Below, in pieces: positions 49,330 through 57,768 of a stretch of DNA of 60,630 bases. The notes beneath the pieces are model-generated. The model saw nothing but the letters and a program-made list of their open reading frames with translations, was not told where the DNA came from and did no database searches. The position numbers and the translations under genes are program-made. Position 1 is the first letter of the stretch, and each line of letters begins with the position of its first letter. The stretch comes from a virus: IMG/VR virus record IMGVR_UViG_3300046727_000269; one strand, given 5' to 3'.

Positions 49330-49527
49330 CTACTGACCACCAGTTTCTAACTCCCGCACCCACCGCTCCTGTACCACCGCCGCTCGTCTCCCGTGTAGTC
49401 CCCGTACGTGTACCGCGTGCCGGTGCAACCACCAGGACAACTGTTCGACCGTGTTGACGTACCCGTGCCCCACGAGGCACACCCCGACCCAACACAGGAC
49501 GAGGATGAGGACGTATACCAGCGTCAT
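49330..49527 (-). CDS. Small membrane protein (65 aa)
   Basis: MTLVYVLILVLCWVGVCLVG; ATGA overlap with the upstream gene. Confidence 0.5.
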   Translation of the reverse strand: MTLVYVLILVLCWVGVCLVGHGYVNTVEQLSWWLHRHAVHVRGLHGRRAAVVQERWVRELETGGQ

Positions 49528-49886
49528 AGCCCTAGTGCCCTCCGCTCTTTTGGTGTGAGCTTAGCCAACGCCGTCTTACGTTCCTTCTCTTCCTTCTCCC
49601 GTTCGATGTCCGCTAGGATGTGGTCCTTGTGCCATTCCTTCAGCCTACGTGACATCGCGTTGCTCTGGTTGCAGAGTTGGGCAAGACGTTTGGAGGACAG
49701 ACCTTTTAAGAAGGTACAGAGAGTCGGCACCAAATCCAACTCACAATACTCATCCTGTGCCGCTGTACTCACAGACTTTGGGACCTTTGATCCTTCCTGT
49801 CCGTAGCACCACTCCAACAGTTCCGCCGTTTTCTGAAGGGCACGTTCTTTCCCGTTCGGCTCCATGTAGCTTGAATCACAGGGCAT
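49524..49886 (-). CDS. Hypothetical protein (120 aa)
   Basis: Start ATG 49886 after GAGGAGAAAACAGA. Confidence 0.55.
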   Translation of the reverse strand: MPCDSSYMEPNGKERALQKTAELLEWCYGQEGSKVPKSVSTAAQDEYCELDLVPTLCTFLKGLSSKRLAQLCNQSNAMSRRLKEWHKDHILADIEREKEEKERKTALAKLTPKERRALGL

Positions 49887-50004
49887 TCTGTTTTCTCCTC
49901 GTGGGCAACCCCAACTCCACCGTCCACACCCCACACTCCCTCATCTTCTTCCGGCGATACCATCTACAGTGCCGCCACAGGAACAGGTCGATCACTTTAG
50001 CCAT
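49876..50004 (-). CDS. Small basic ORF (42 aa)
   Basis: MAKVIDLFLWRHCRWYRRKKMRECG...; GGGAGGAG RBS sits within the helicase stop region. Confidence 0.35.
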   Translation of the reverse strand: MAKVIDLFLWRHCRWYRRKKMRECGVWTVELGLPTRRKQNAL

Positions 50005-50008
50005 AAAA

Positions 50009-51547
50009 TTACTCCTCCCACCACTCGGAATTTTGACCGCCCTTTTTTGGGTCGGGCACAGGTACACACACGTCCACGAGTTCTCGCTTAGCCCGCGTTA
50101 CCGCAACGTAGGCTAGGTTCCGCTCTCCCTCGATGTCGGCCTCAGTCTTGGCCCACTTGGACGGCTGGTACCGATTCCGACCCAGGATAAACACACGATC
50201 CCACTCACGGCCCTTCGCACGGTGAATCGTACAGAGCCTCACGAGGTCCTGTCCCTGGTACTGCCCCTCGCCAAAGGTCATTTCAAGTTTCTGGACCAAC
50301 CGGCGCACCGGCTCATCTCCCCCCACGTCCTCCATCAGGTCCCGGAGTATCCCCACCTTCTCCCCGACCCACTCCGCCTTGTCCTCTCGACCTTTGCCCC
50401 GCCACTTCTCCAACTCCTTCTCCAGGTGGCCGGACAGGAGGACATCCAACTGATCTACGGTAATGTCCCCGCCCCATTTCGTGGCGAGGGCAATGATGGC
50501 TTTCCCACTCTGGCCCTCGACGATGCAGGGGATGCCATTGTTGCGGAGGCGGCGGGCGACCCCTACCAAGGGGCGAGTATTCCGGCACAGGATGGCGTCC
50601 TTGCCAGGGACCAGTGACTCCCCCCAGAACTTGAGGTGGGAAATGGTACGGACGGTGCCTTCAGGATTCTCCTCGTGCGCCGTGTAGTCAGGACACCACG
50701 TTTGCGCGAGGGCCACCACTGATTTAGGGCACCGATACGTAATGTTCAAGGGCAACTCATCCGCCCCAGTCACATCTCTGATTAGGTCCATCGCGTTAGC
50801 CGTGGCCCCGGCGAAATGAAAGATACACTGGAAATCGTCGCCTACCGCAATGACCCGGCCACCAGTTTTGAGCACGTGGAGGGCCATCAGGCGACGGGTG
50901 GCACTGGTATCCTGGCACTCATCAATCATTACCGTGTCGTACAATTCTGGCTTTCCCTGTGAAAACATGAGGGGGAGGAGGAGCATGTCACTGAAGTCGA
51001 TCCTCCCCTCGTCGCACGCCATCCTCACCGATTCCTTGTATGTCTTGATGCACTCGGTGATAATCCGTGCCGGTGTGATCCCACTAGGCACCTCATCCCA
51101 AAGGTCGTAGTCGTCAAATAGTTTCTCCCATGACGTAACACTGTCGATGGCGGGGAGACCAGGGATGCCGAACCCAATGTGCTTGGCGTACTCTACCGCG
51201 TCCACCAGGACATCGGCGTGTGCCCGGTCCCACTGGGCGTGGGTCTTAGCGATGGCACGGACTTTGCGCCCGTCCACCTCGTTCTTGCTACGAATCTTGC
51301 GCCACTGGGAGAAGCCCACGGAATGGAGGGTGGCGGCGGTGGCGTACGGATTGCCCGTGATGCGGGACCCGAGTTCATCGGCAATGCTCTTGTTAAAAGC
51401 GCAGAGGAGTGTATGGCCCACGGTGCGATTGGCGCATTCCACGAGCACGGTAGATTTCCCCGTGCCTGCCCTCGCTTTAATAATGAGGGAATCACGGCTC
51501 TGTTGAACTTTCGCGTAGATGAGAAGTTGCTGTTCCGACCAATTCAT
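50009..51547 (-). CDS. UvrD/PcrA/Rep-type superfamily-1 helicase
   Basis: Start ATG 51547 after GTAAGGAGACTAGTCAA; Walker A ARAGTGKSTV, MIDECQDTS, TIHRAKGREWD, YVAVTRAK. Confidence 0.85.
   Translation of the reverse strand: MNWSEQQLLIYAKVQQSRDSLIIKARAGTGKSTVLVECANRTVGHTLLCAFNKSIADELGSRITGNPYATAATLHSVGFSQWRKIRSKNEVDGRKVRAIAKTHAQWDRAHADVLVDAVEYAKHIGFGIPGLPAIDSVTSWEKLFDDYDLWDEVPSGITPARIITECIKTYKESVRMACDEGRIDFSDMLLLPLMFSQGKPELYDTVMIDECQDTSATRRLMALHVLKTGGRVIAVGDDFQCIFHFAGATANAMDLIRDVTGADELPLNITYRCPKSVVALAQTWCPDYTAHEENPEGTVRTISHLKFWGESLVPGKDAILCRNTRPLVGVARRLRNNGIPCIVEGQSGKAIIALATKWGGDITVDQLDVLLSGHLEKELEKWRGKGREDKAEWVGEKVGILRDLMEDVGGDEPVRRLVQKLEMTFGEGQYQGQDLVRLCTIHRAKGREWDRVFILGRNRYQPSKWAKTEADIEGERNLAYVAVTRAKRELVDVCVPVPDPKKGGQNSEWWEE
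50952..50964 (-). promoter_or_regulatory. TTTCACAGGGAAA motif, exact copy, gene sense, intragenic (helicase)
   Basis: Encodes MFSQGK within 50009..51547. Confidence 0.45.
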
Positions 51548-51605
51548 TTGACTAGTCTCCTTACCCTTCCCTAGCCTACCCCTAATTGTGGCACGATTGC
51601 AAGAG

Positions 51606-51797
51606 TTATTTTTTCTTTTTCCCTGTGAAAGGGAGGACAGTACCCTCACCCTTACCCGTGCCCCGGTCCTTGCAATGCCCCCTCGCCTCCCTCGCCCCCT
51701 CACACTTCACCCCACAGAACGTACAGTACCGGGGACGGAGCTTAGGCCCGGTACGGATACGGGGGGTAAGGTCTGGGGCAGTGGTACGCTTGCTCAC
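51606..51797 (-). CDS. Small zinc-ribbon-like basic protein (63 aa)
   Basis: GTG start with GTGA overlap; YCTFCGVKCEGAREARGHC; last codons (PFTGKKKK*) contain motif copy 51618-51630. Confidence 0.5.
   Translation of the reverse strand: MSKRTTAPDLTPRIRTGPKLRPRYCTFCGVKCEGAREARGHCKDRGTGKGEGTVLPFTGKKKK
51618..51630 (-). promoter_or_regulatory. TTTCACAGGGAAA motif, exact copy, gene sense
   Basis: 70 nt upstream of the helicase ATG 51547. Confidence 0.65.
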
Positions 51798-52234
51798 GGC
51801 TTAGGCTTCCGGGCTGGCTCATCGGCGGTGTGCTCCTCGCTCAGCGGGGCGAGGGCAAGTTCCGCCTGCATTCGTTGAAGCGTTAGCGATTTCACGTAAC
51901 CCGGTTGGCATCCGAGACCATCCACGCAGTCCCGCAGCAACTTCCGCAGCCGGTCGCACTCCTCGCGTGCCGCCTGTAACTCTTTCCGTTGATTTACTCG
52001 ATCAGTCGCGTGCGCTTCCAACTCCGCTTCGTTGTCATAAACTCCGTGGCGCTCCATGAGGGCGGTTTCTTCCGCCCTGCGACGTTCAATCAACTTGCAA
52101 ACCATCTGGTAGTCGCGTGCCTCGTTGATTCTTCGGTCATAAGACATATACAGCGTAATTAGCTCGTTACGCATATCACCCACAGTCCAGGGCAGCGGTT
52201 GGGTGTTCTGTACGGGGCGGTCATCGTTGGGCAT
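51794..52234 (-). CDS. Hypothetical coiled-coil protein (146 aa)
   Basis: ORF track. Confidence 0.55.
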   Translation of the reverse strand: MPNDDRPVQNTQPLPWTVGDMRNELITLYMSYDRRINEARDYQMVCKLIERRRAEETALMERHGVYDNEAELEAHATDRVNQRKELQAAREECDRLRKLLRDCVDGLGCQPGYVKSLTLQRMQAELALAPLSEEHTADEPARKPKP

Positions 52235-52364
52235 TGGGTTTCTCCTGGTCGTATGGCACCCATGCTGCTCCGCAGTTTCCGCAGGTTAGGCCCCAATCGT
52301 AGCGATCCAAGAATCCTACGTGGTTGCAAAGCATTCTGACATCTGGATACGTCACTTGTTTCAT
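52221..52364 (-). CDS. Small Cys-containing ORF (47 aa)
   Basis: Hand translation MKQVTYPDVRMLCNHVGFLDRYDWGLTCGNCGAAWVPYDQEKPNAQR; GAGGA RBS; 14-nt overlap with the next gene. Confidence 0.35.
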   Translation of the reverse strand: MKQVTYPDVRMLCNHVGFLDRYDWGLTCGNCGAAWVPYDQEKPNAQR

Positions 52365-52380
52365 TGACTGAATCTCATCC

Positions 52381-52590
52381 TCACGACTTGGCATCTTTCC
52401 CCTCCTTGGCGATCAGGGCGGCGCGTTCTTCCGGCGAGTCAATCGTCATGGTGTAGCCACAGCACTTCGGCCATCCGTTACGCAGGCAATCCGCACCGTC
52501 CACATGCTGCGTTCGCCCGCAATGGGTACACCACACCTGCCCGCGTGACAGGCTCGGATGGACGGTGGCGAGCTTCGAGTAGTCGGTCAT
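52381..52590 (-). CDS. Zinc-finger protein (69 aa)
   Basis: VWCTHCGRTQHVDGADCLRNGWPKCCGYTM. Confidence 0.55.
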   Translation of the reverse strand: MTDYSKLATVHPSLSRGQVWCTHCGRTQHVDGADCLRNGWPKCCGYTMTIDSPEERAALIAKEGKDAKS

Positions 52591-53231
52591 CGCGCCTCCA
52601 GGAGCTTCATGATTGCGTCGGTGGTCTTCTCAAGCCGGGGGTGCCAGTGAGTTAAACCTTGTTTTACGGCTTCGCGCACCTGCTCCCTCGTGATCGCCGT
52701 TGGCCCAAGGTATTCCCCGAGCCATCCCAGCACGTCCCGTGCCTCATCCTCAGTGACCGTGATCGATCCAACAGCGCAGTCGCCAGCCACGCGCTCCAGC
52801 TTGTACCGGGGACGTTGCCCGGCGGCGGCAGATAGCGCGCCTGGAAGAATCTGCGTGACATAGGCACCTTCGGGGCGGGTGCGGTCCAGGGTCGCTTTCG
52901 GACGTATCGAATCCCCATTCCCGCAACGGATGCAGGTTAAGCCTTCGATTGATGGCGCGGGAGCCGCTTGCGCTGCTGGCCCTTGATGCCATTCACAATA
53001 TTCAATCTTGAGCACTGCCTCTTCTGGCACTTGGGGAGTGTAAACAAATGGCCCATCCAGGATCACAACGGCACACGTACATGGTCCCGATGGCGCACTC
53101 GCCGGGGCGGGCGCTTCGGCTTTCAGTGCGCGCTCGGCGAGGTTACATAGGTTTCGCGTTTCCGCTAGTGTCGCACCACGTACACGAATCTCCGCGATCC
53201 GTTCCAGCGTCAGCCGTTCACTCTGGCTCAT
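52587..53231 (-). CDS. Hypothetical protein (214 aa)
   Basis: Start ATG 53231 (ATGA overlap). Confidence 0.55.
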   Translation of the reverse strand: MSQSERLTLERIAEIRVRGATLAETRNLCNLAERALKAEAPAPASAPSGPCTCAVVILDGPFVYTPQVPEEAVLKIEYCEWHQGPAAQAAPAPSIEGLTCIRCGNGDSIRPKATLDRTRPEGAYVTQILPGALSAAAGQRPRYKLERVAGDCAVGSITVTEDEARDVLGWLGEYLGPTAITREQVREAVKQGLTHWHPRLEKTTDAIMKLLEAR

Positions 53232-53473
53232 TGTTCCGCTCTCTTTCCCAACCACTCTTCCAACTTCACCCGTACCAGTGCCTCGGTGATGAGGGTGGGC
53301 TTTTTCGTTACACGGACGATCAGGGTGCCGGGGCCGGAGTGGTATTCGTATTCCGCCGTGATCCCCTTGGCCGTCAACGTGCCCCTGTCCTCAGTTAAAG
53401 GGATGCCCAGGGTGAGAAGGCGGGCACGGGCGGATTGGATCTGTGATTCTGTCAGTGCAAATTTCAACTCCAT
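53228..53473 (-). CDS. Hypothetical protein (81 aa)
   Basis: ORF track; TAATG overlap with the upstream gene. Confidence 0.5.
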   Translation of the reverse strand: MELKFALTESQIQSARARLLTLGIPLTEDRGTLTAKGITAEYEYHSGPGTLIVRVTKKPTLITEALVRVKLEEWLGKRAEQ

Positions 53474-54003
53474 TACTTTTCTCCAAAGGCCCTTTGAATA
53501 GCCTCTCCAAAATGACTAGTCTCGGTGTTCCCCGCTTTCATCTCTGCTAACAGGTCCTCCGTTATGTTGTCGGCAATCTTCTCAAACAACCTAATCTCCT
53601 CCATCAACCTCCCCCACGTCACGGTGGCGAGGGGTCCGATAGGCTCGTTACAAGGCATCAGAGGTTTATTGGATCTGGACGTTGACGAGGCCATTTCAAT
53701 AAACCTGTGGCACGGTTGGCACAAGTTAACGATCTCCGGTGCATCCCCCAGGATCTCTTGACGTGCAACCTTTGGAATCTTCCAAGAAATTCTCTGTGGT
53801 ACTCGGTGGTGACGGGAAATTGTTTTAGGGTGGTAGTGACCACAAGCAGCACACGAGACATTCTCCACCGTCTTTTCCGTGGAAGGCCCGCGTAGGATTG
53901 CCAACTCTGCCTCAAGGCCACGGACACGTTTTTGTAGCTTCCGCATCTCTTGTTGACGAGCGGTACAACTACTGCACGTGTGAGTGGTCCGAGTAAGTGT
54001 CAC
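53473..54003 (-). CDS. HNH endonuclease
   Basis: CAACGHYHPKTISRHHRVPQR...EIVNLCQPCHRFIE (H-N-H with flanking Cys pairs); GTG 54003 overlaps the polymerase stop (GTGA). Confidence 0.75.
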   Translation of the reverse strand: MTLTRTTHTCSSCTARQQEMRKLQKRVRGLEAELAILRGPSTEKTVENVSCAACGHYHPKTISRHHRVPQRISWKIPKVARQEILGDAPEIVNLCQPCHRFIEMASSTSRSNKPLMPCNEPIGPLATVTWGRLMEEIRLFEKIADNITEDLLAEMKAGNTETSHFGEAIQRAFGEK

Positions 54004-55397
54004 AGGTCCCCCCACCTTTCTCCAAACTCCAAACTACTTTCACTCGGGACGTTCAAACTCACACTGCCCTCCATCGTGGCCCTCGCGTACTGCCCGAACT
54101 CTTCCGCGTGCCGTACGTCTACATCTGCCAATATCTGATCGTGGATTTGCAGAGCCGGGGTGCATCGGTAACTCTTGTTCCGTTTCTCCATCTCCACGTT
54201 GGTTTCCGCCATGGCCAACTTCACCCCACCTTGGCTTGAACTTTGCTCGTAATGATTCCCCGCCTTCCGCGTCCCCTCATTCACCAGCCTCATGTGGGTA
54301 GACTTCGCCTCGGGAACAAGCCGGGGCCTACCAAACGCATCCCATACAAGTCCGTACCTCTTGGCACGGGTATATTGCAGGTCCATGAAGGCGCGGAGGC
54401 GGGGATAGATTCCAAAGAACTGGTCAATGAAGGACTGACACTTCGCCTCGGACCAGCGTATGGCCCCTTCACTCTCTTTTAATATGTTTCGCTGGAGTCC
54501 AAGGGCAGTGAGGCCGTACAGTACGCCAAATCCCAGGTTCTTGGTGGGGGCACGTTCCTCTCTTTTGATACGCTCAAACTCGGGCGACTTCTTATCCATC
54601 GCCATGACGGTATCGTAGTCCCGGCCAAAGATGGCACAGGTATTTTTCCAGTGGATGTCTTGGCCGAGATAGAACACTTCCATCATGACTGGGTCCTGGG
54701 AACCGTGAGCGGCCCACCTCATCTCATCCTGGGAGCGGTCAACAGAAACGAACGTGCAGCCGGGGGATGCAATAAAGGCGTTGCGTACGGCTTTACCCAG
54801 TGGTGCAGTCTTGCCATTGACGGTAACGAGTGTTTTGCTCCTTGCCGAGACGTTTTGCAAATTTGGTCGTGATGATGACAACCGGCCCGTTGCCGCCACC
54901 GTTGGGTTGAAAGTCGTGTGGAGGTAAGAATCGGAATCAACTAACAAAGGCAACGGTTCAGTGTACGTGTTCTTAGTTTTGTCCAACTCTCGCCAATCAA
55001 GAATCAGGTTTACTATTGGACTACGTGACTTGAAAACTTCTAGGATGTCATCAGACGTGGTATACCGCATTCCTTTGGGTGTCATCGGTACGGGATCATC
55101 GCCCTGAATCTTCATGTGCTCAAACAAGAGACGGGAAACATGGTCCGGCGATCCAACGGAGAATGGCGTCAACTTCCCTTTGTACGAATCCTGGTACGCG
55201 CCCAGGTGTACCCCCATCTCAAACTCGATGTCGGAGATTTGCCGGTTGATTTCGACGGTAAGGGAGTTGATGTAGGGGACATCGAGCCTCACCCCGTACT
55301 TGTGCATGTCCCGAATCATGGGGAGGGCCGCGATATCGAGGGCATGGGTGTTGGCAGGGTCAGGCCAGTCCTCCGAGAAATGAATCCCACCCCACAT
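54000..55397 (-). CDS. Family-A DNA polymerase, polymerase (thumb/palm/fingers) part only
   Basis: Motif A FVSVDRSQDEMRWAAH, motif B RAPTKNLGFGVLYG, motif C LQIHDQILADV; start ATG 55397 (MWGGIHF), 1 nt after the upstream stop. Confidence 0.9.
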   Translation of the reverse strand: MWGGIHFSEDWPDPANTHALDIAALPMIRDMHKYGVRLDVPYINSLTVEINRQISDIEFEMGVHLGAYQDSYKGKLTPFSVGSPDHVSRLLFEHMKIQGDDPVPMTPKGMRYTTSDDILEVFKSRSPIVNLILDWRELDKTKNTYTEPLPLLVDSDSYLHTTFNPTVAATGRLSSSRPNLQNVSARSKTLVTVNGKTAPLGKAVRNAFIASPGCTFVSVDRSQDEMRWAAHGSQDPVMMEVFYLGQDIHWKNTCAIFGRDYDTVMAMDKKSPEFERIKREERAPTKNLGFGVLYGLTALGLQRNILKESEGAIRWSEAKCQSFIDQFFGIYPRLRAFMDLQYTRAKRYGLVWDAFGRPRLVPEAKSTHMRLVNEGTRKAGNHYEQSSSQGGVKLAMAETNVEMEKRNKSYRCTPALQIHDQILADVDVRHAEEFGQYARATMEGSVSLNVPSESSLEFGERWGDL

Positions 55398-55398
55398 C

Positions 55399-55614
55399 CT
55401 AGTAATCGTCCTTGAGCAAGAAGAAGTACATGGCCGCAATTGTGCCCACCGAAAAAAGCACCATCAGAGTTGTCGCCGGAATCTGCCAGAGGACGGGGTG
55501 ATTTGGGTCCCACGGACATACGGCGTCAAAAGCTAGACGAGGGACGAGCAACAGAAAATCGGACAGAGAGAATAGTATGACTCGGCCACAACCTTCAAAA
55601 AAGCTTTTCATCAT
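55399..55614 (-). CDS. Small membrane protein (71 aa)
   Basis: VILFSLSDFLLLV and LMVLFSVGTIAAMYFFLL. Confidence 0.5.
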   Translation of the reverse strand: MMKSFFEGCGRVILFSLSDFLLLVPRLAFDAVCPWDPNHPVLWQIPATTLMVLFSVGTIAAMYFFLLKDDY

Positions 55615-55729
55615 TTAGTCCTTGTCTGGTGTATCCCGTGGTACGGGCACAACCACGCGAGTTCGGTACCGAGAGCGGAGAATAGAATCGGCGTCCAATG
55701 AGGGCGACACCACCAGAGGGAGGGGCCGG

Positions 55730-56191
55730 TCATGGATGAATCTCCACGACGGTAAACCTGTCGTCCAGGATCGGAGCTATGACGGCGCGTACGTCGGACC
55801 ATTGTAGGTGCCCGTTCCCACAACCGGGCCGGGGAAGATACACGTGGTCCATATTCGCAACCCGTTCATCAGTACTTAATAGACGTGCAGTTCGGTCTAT
55901 CAATTCCATGTCCGCCGTGTCGCCCCAATGCCATTTGACCCGGAAAGTAATTAGACGCCACTCAGGGAAAACGAAAACTGGAAAATTGAGTAGCCCTCGG
56001 GAAGGTGGGCCATAAAAAAGTAGTTCTTTCCCGACTGCATAAGGGAACTGCGGAAATCTACTCGCTGCCTGTTTTGCAATCCCTCGCCCCATCACACAGG
56101 CCCCGTCCCGTCGCACGGTCCCATTCGTCGTGATGCAGATGTAGTGCCCTTGCGCGTGGAAGTCCCAGAGGTCACCAGTAATCTCTTTCAT
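55730..56191 (-). CDS. Macro domain protein (Poa1p-like ADP-ribose-binding/hydrolase fold)
   Basis: ITGDLWDF..HYICITTNGTVRRDGACVMGRGIAKQAASRFP ... VYLPRPGCGNGHLQWSDV fit the macro-domain N- and C-terminal signatures. Confidence 0.7.
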   Translation of the reverse strand: MKEITGDLWDFHAQGHYICITTNGTVRRDGACVMGRGIAKQAASRFPQFPYAVGKELLFYGPPSRGLLNFPVFVFPEWRLITFRVKWHWGDTADMELIDRTARLLSTDERVANMDHVYLPRPGCGNGHLQWSDVRAVIAPILDDRFTVVEIHP

Positions 56192-56334
56192 CGCTCGTCT
56201 TTCCCCTTCCCCTCAAACATGAACTTGACCACGTGCCAGATCAAAAAATACGTCACCGCGATCCCCTCGGCTAAAACGATGACGGCAACCAAAACCAACA
56301 TCCCGTCCAGTACCCAGTCTCGCCAGTGGATCAT
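56188..56334 (-). CDS. Small membrane ORF (48 aa)
   Basis: MIHWRDWVLDGMLVLVAVIVLAEGIAVTYFLIW; stop overlaps the macro-domain start (ATGA); the track start (TTG 56412) is possible instead. Confidence 0.35.
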   Translation of the reverse strand: MIHWRDWVLDGMLVLVAVIVLAEGIAVTYFLIWHVVKFMFEGKGKDER

Positions 56335-56482
56335 ACCGTCACCTGCCCTTTTTAAAATCGATTCGTAGGGGTCTGCCCCGCTCCAGGTGCAATCGGGGCC
56401 GTATCCACCCAATACCGGGACACCCCCAGGGGGCTTACAACGCGTCCTAGAGCGTTTGTTCCCTTTTCATTCGCCTTGGGCC

Positions 56483-56495
56483 TTTCACCGGGAAA
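56483..56495 (+). promoter_or_regulatory. Motif variant TTTCACCGGGAAA (mirrored)
   Basis: The minus strand TTTCCCGGTGAAA contains the TGA stop of 56485..56877. Confidence 0.4.
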
Positions 56496-56877
56496 GATTT
56501 GCATTTTGAGCCTCCCTTTTCGCCGCCAACTTCGCCAATCTCTTCCTCGTCTCCTCCTGGTGCTCCCGTTCCAGCTTCACTGCCAGTTGATCCAATTGCC
56601 TGTCCGCTTCCTTCTGCCGTTCCATTTCCAATCTCCTCGCCTCTTCCTCATCGGTGAAAGAATGGGTCAGGTGTACGCCGATCACGTTCAGCAGGCTCTC
56701 GACGCCACGGGAGAGTTTCACTTGGCTCCAGGAATCCTTGGTCCCCTTTTTGAACGTGTGATTACCTACCGTGAAGTCACGGAGCACTACCCCGTTCTTC
56801 GCCAGGGGCTCCGGTTTAACCGTATGCACTTTCACCTTGGCCTGCTTGGGAACGATTCTGAGTTTCTTTTTTCTCAC
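56485..56877 (-). CDS. Hypothetical protein (130 aa), basic N-terminus, charged coiled-coil C-terminus
   Basis: ORF track, GTG start. Confidence 0.5.
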   Translation of the reverse strand: MRKKKLRIVPKQAKVKVHTVKPEPLAKNGVVLRDFTVGNHTFKKGTKDSWSQVKLSRGVESLLNVIGVHLTHSFTDEEEARRLEMERQKEADRQLDQLAVKLEREHQEETRKRLAKLAAKREAQNANLSR

Positions 56878-56880
56878 GGG

Positions 56881-57252
56881 CTACCGGATCTCGTCGTAGT
56901 ACTTCCTGTCTTCCGTTCGATAGTCGTCCTTGGTTTTCCGTTTCGTCCTCAACGTGTACATCAATAGATCATGGAACCACTTTTCAAGGATTGGGAAATG
57001 ATATTTGACCGTCATCCGTTCGCACGCCTCACATACCGGGACCGGGAGGCGGGAACTGCGGCGGACCATCAACGTGAGGGTAGATGGGAGCACGCCAATG
57101 GTCCGCGCCAATTCCTCCCAGGTCATGCCGGTATACTCCTTCAACAGGCCCAACGCCTCCCCGATGGTCTGGGGTTTGACCTCGCGGGGCCGGTGGCTCC
57201 GATGGTAGGTGCGGAACAGGCGTTGGTAAAAAGATTCTTCGGTCTGTGCCAC
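56881..57252 (-). CDS. HTH-containing protein (123 aa)
   Basis: MTWEELARTIGVLPSTLTLMVRR is HTH-like; GTG 57252 shares 1 nt with the upstream stop. Confidence 0.5.
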   Translation of the reverse strand: MAQTEESFYQRLFRTYHRSHRPREVKPQTIGEALGLLKEYTGMTWEELARTIGVLPSTLTLMVRRSSRLPVPVCEACERMTVKYHFPILEKWFHDLLMYTLRTKRKTKDDYRTEDRKYYDEIR

Positions 57253-57683
57253 TACAGCATCTCCATGACTCTCACCTTGCGCCGGAAGGTGTTCCACAAC
57301 TCCGTCATTACCCCCGCTTCAATTTGGGCCACGAGGATGGGGGTGAGGCGCATCTGGGCCTCCTGTGGGGCGTTCCACGTGCCTCCTGATATCGTCCGCA
57401 TCTGCTGGTCGTGGTACAGGTACTCGACATCGATCCCGTCGTCGGTAGCGTACGCGTTGCATACGATCTCGGAACGGGTCAAGGGTGACTCTTGGAGGAA
57501 GAAAGAAACTCGGAGTGTGTACGGATCTTCAGTTGCCGTTACCAATTTACCTGTGCTCCCTGTTTTCGATTTGCTCGTGCGCCCGGTGCCGGTACCCTTA
57601 CCCTCGCCACTGCCCCGTCCCAGTACCCTTCTCTTATAACATACATGGATATAAATATACAAGGCTTGTACAACGATATTCAT
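57252..57683 (-). CDS. Hypothetical protein (143 aa or less, start uncertain)
   Basis: ORF track; the 5' third lies in an A/T-rich stretch that may be non-coding. Confidence 0.4.
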   Translation of the reverse strand: MNIVVQALYIYIHVCYKRRVLGRGSGEGKGTGTGRTSKSKTGSTGKLVTATEDPYTLRVSFFLQESPLTRSEIVCNAYATDDGIDVEYLYHDQQMRTISGGTWNAPQEAQMRLTPILVAQIEAGVMTELWNTFRRKVRVMEML

Positions 57684-57768
57684 GTATAGGGGGTCTGGGG
57701 GGGACGAAACTAAAAATTACGGTGTTTTGGGGGTTGGTATACAGCTTTTGTTCTCTTTTTGTTCCCTT

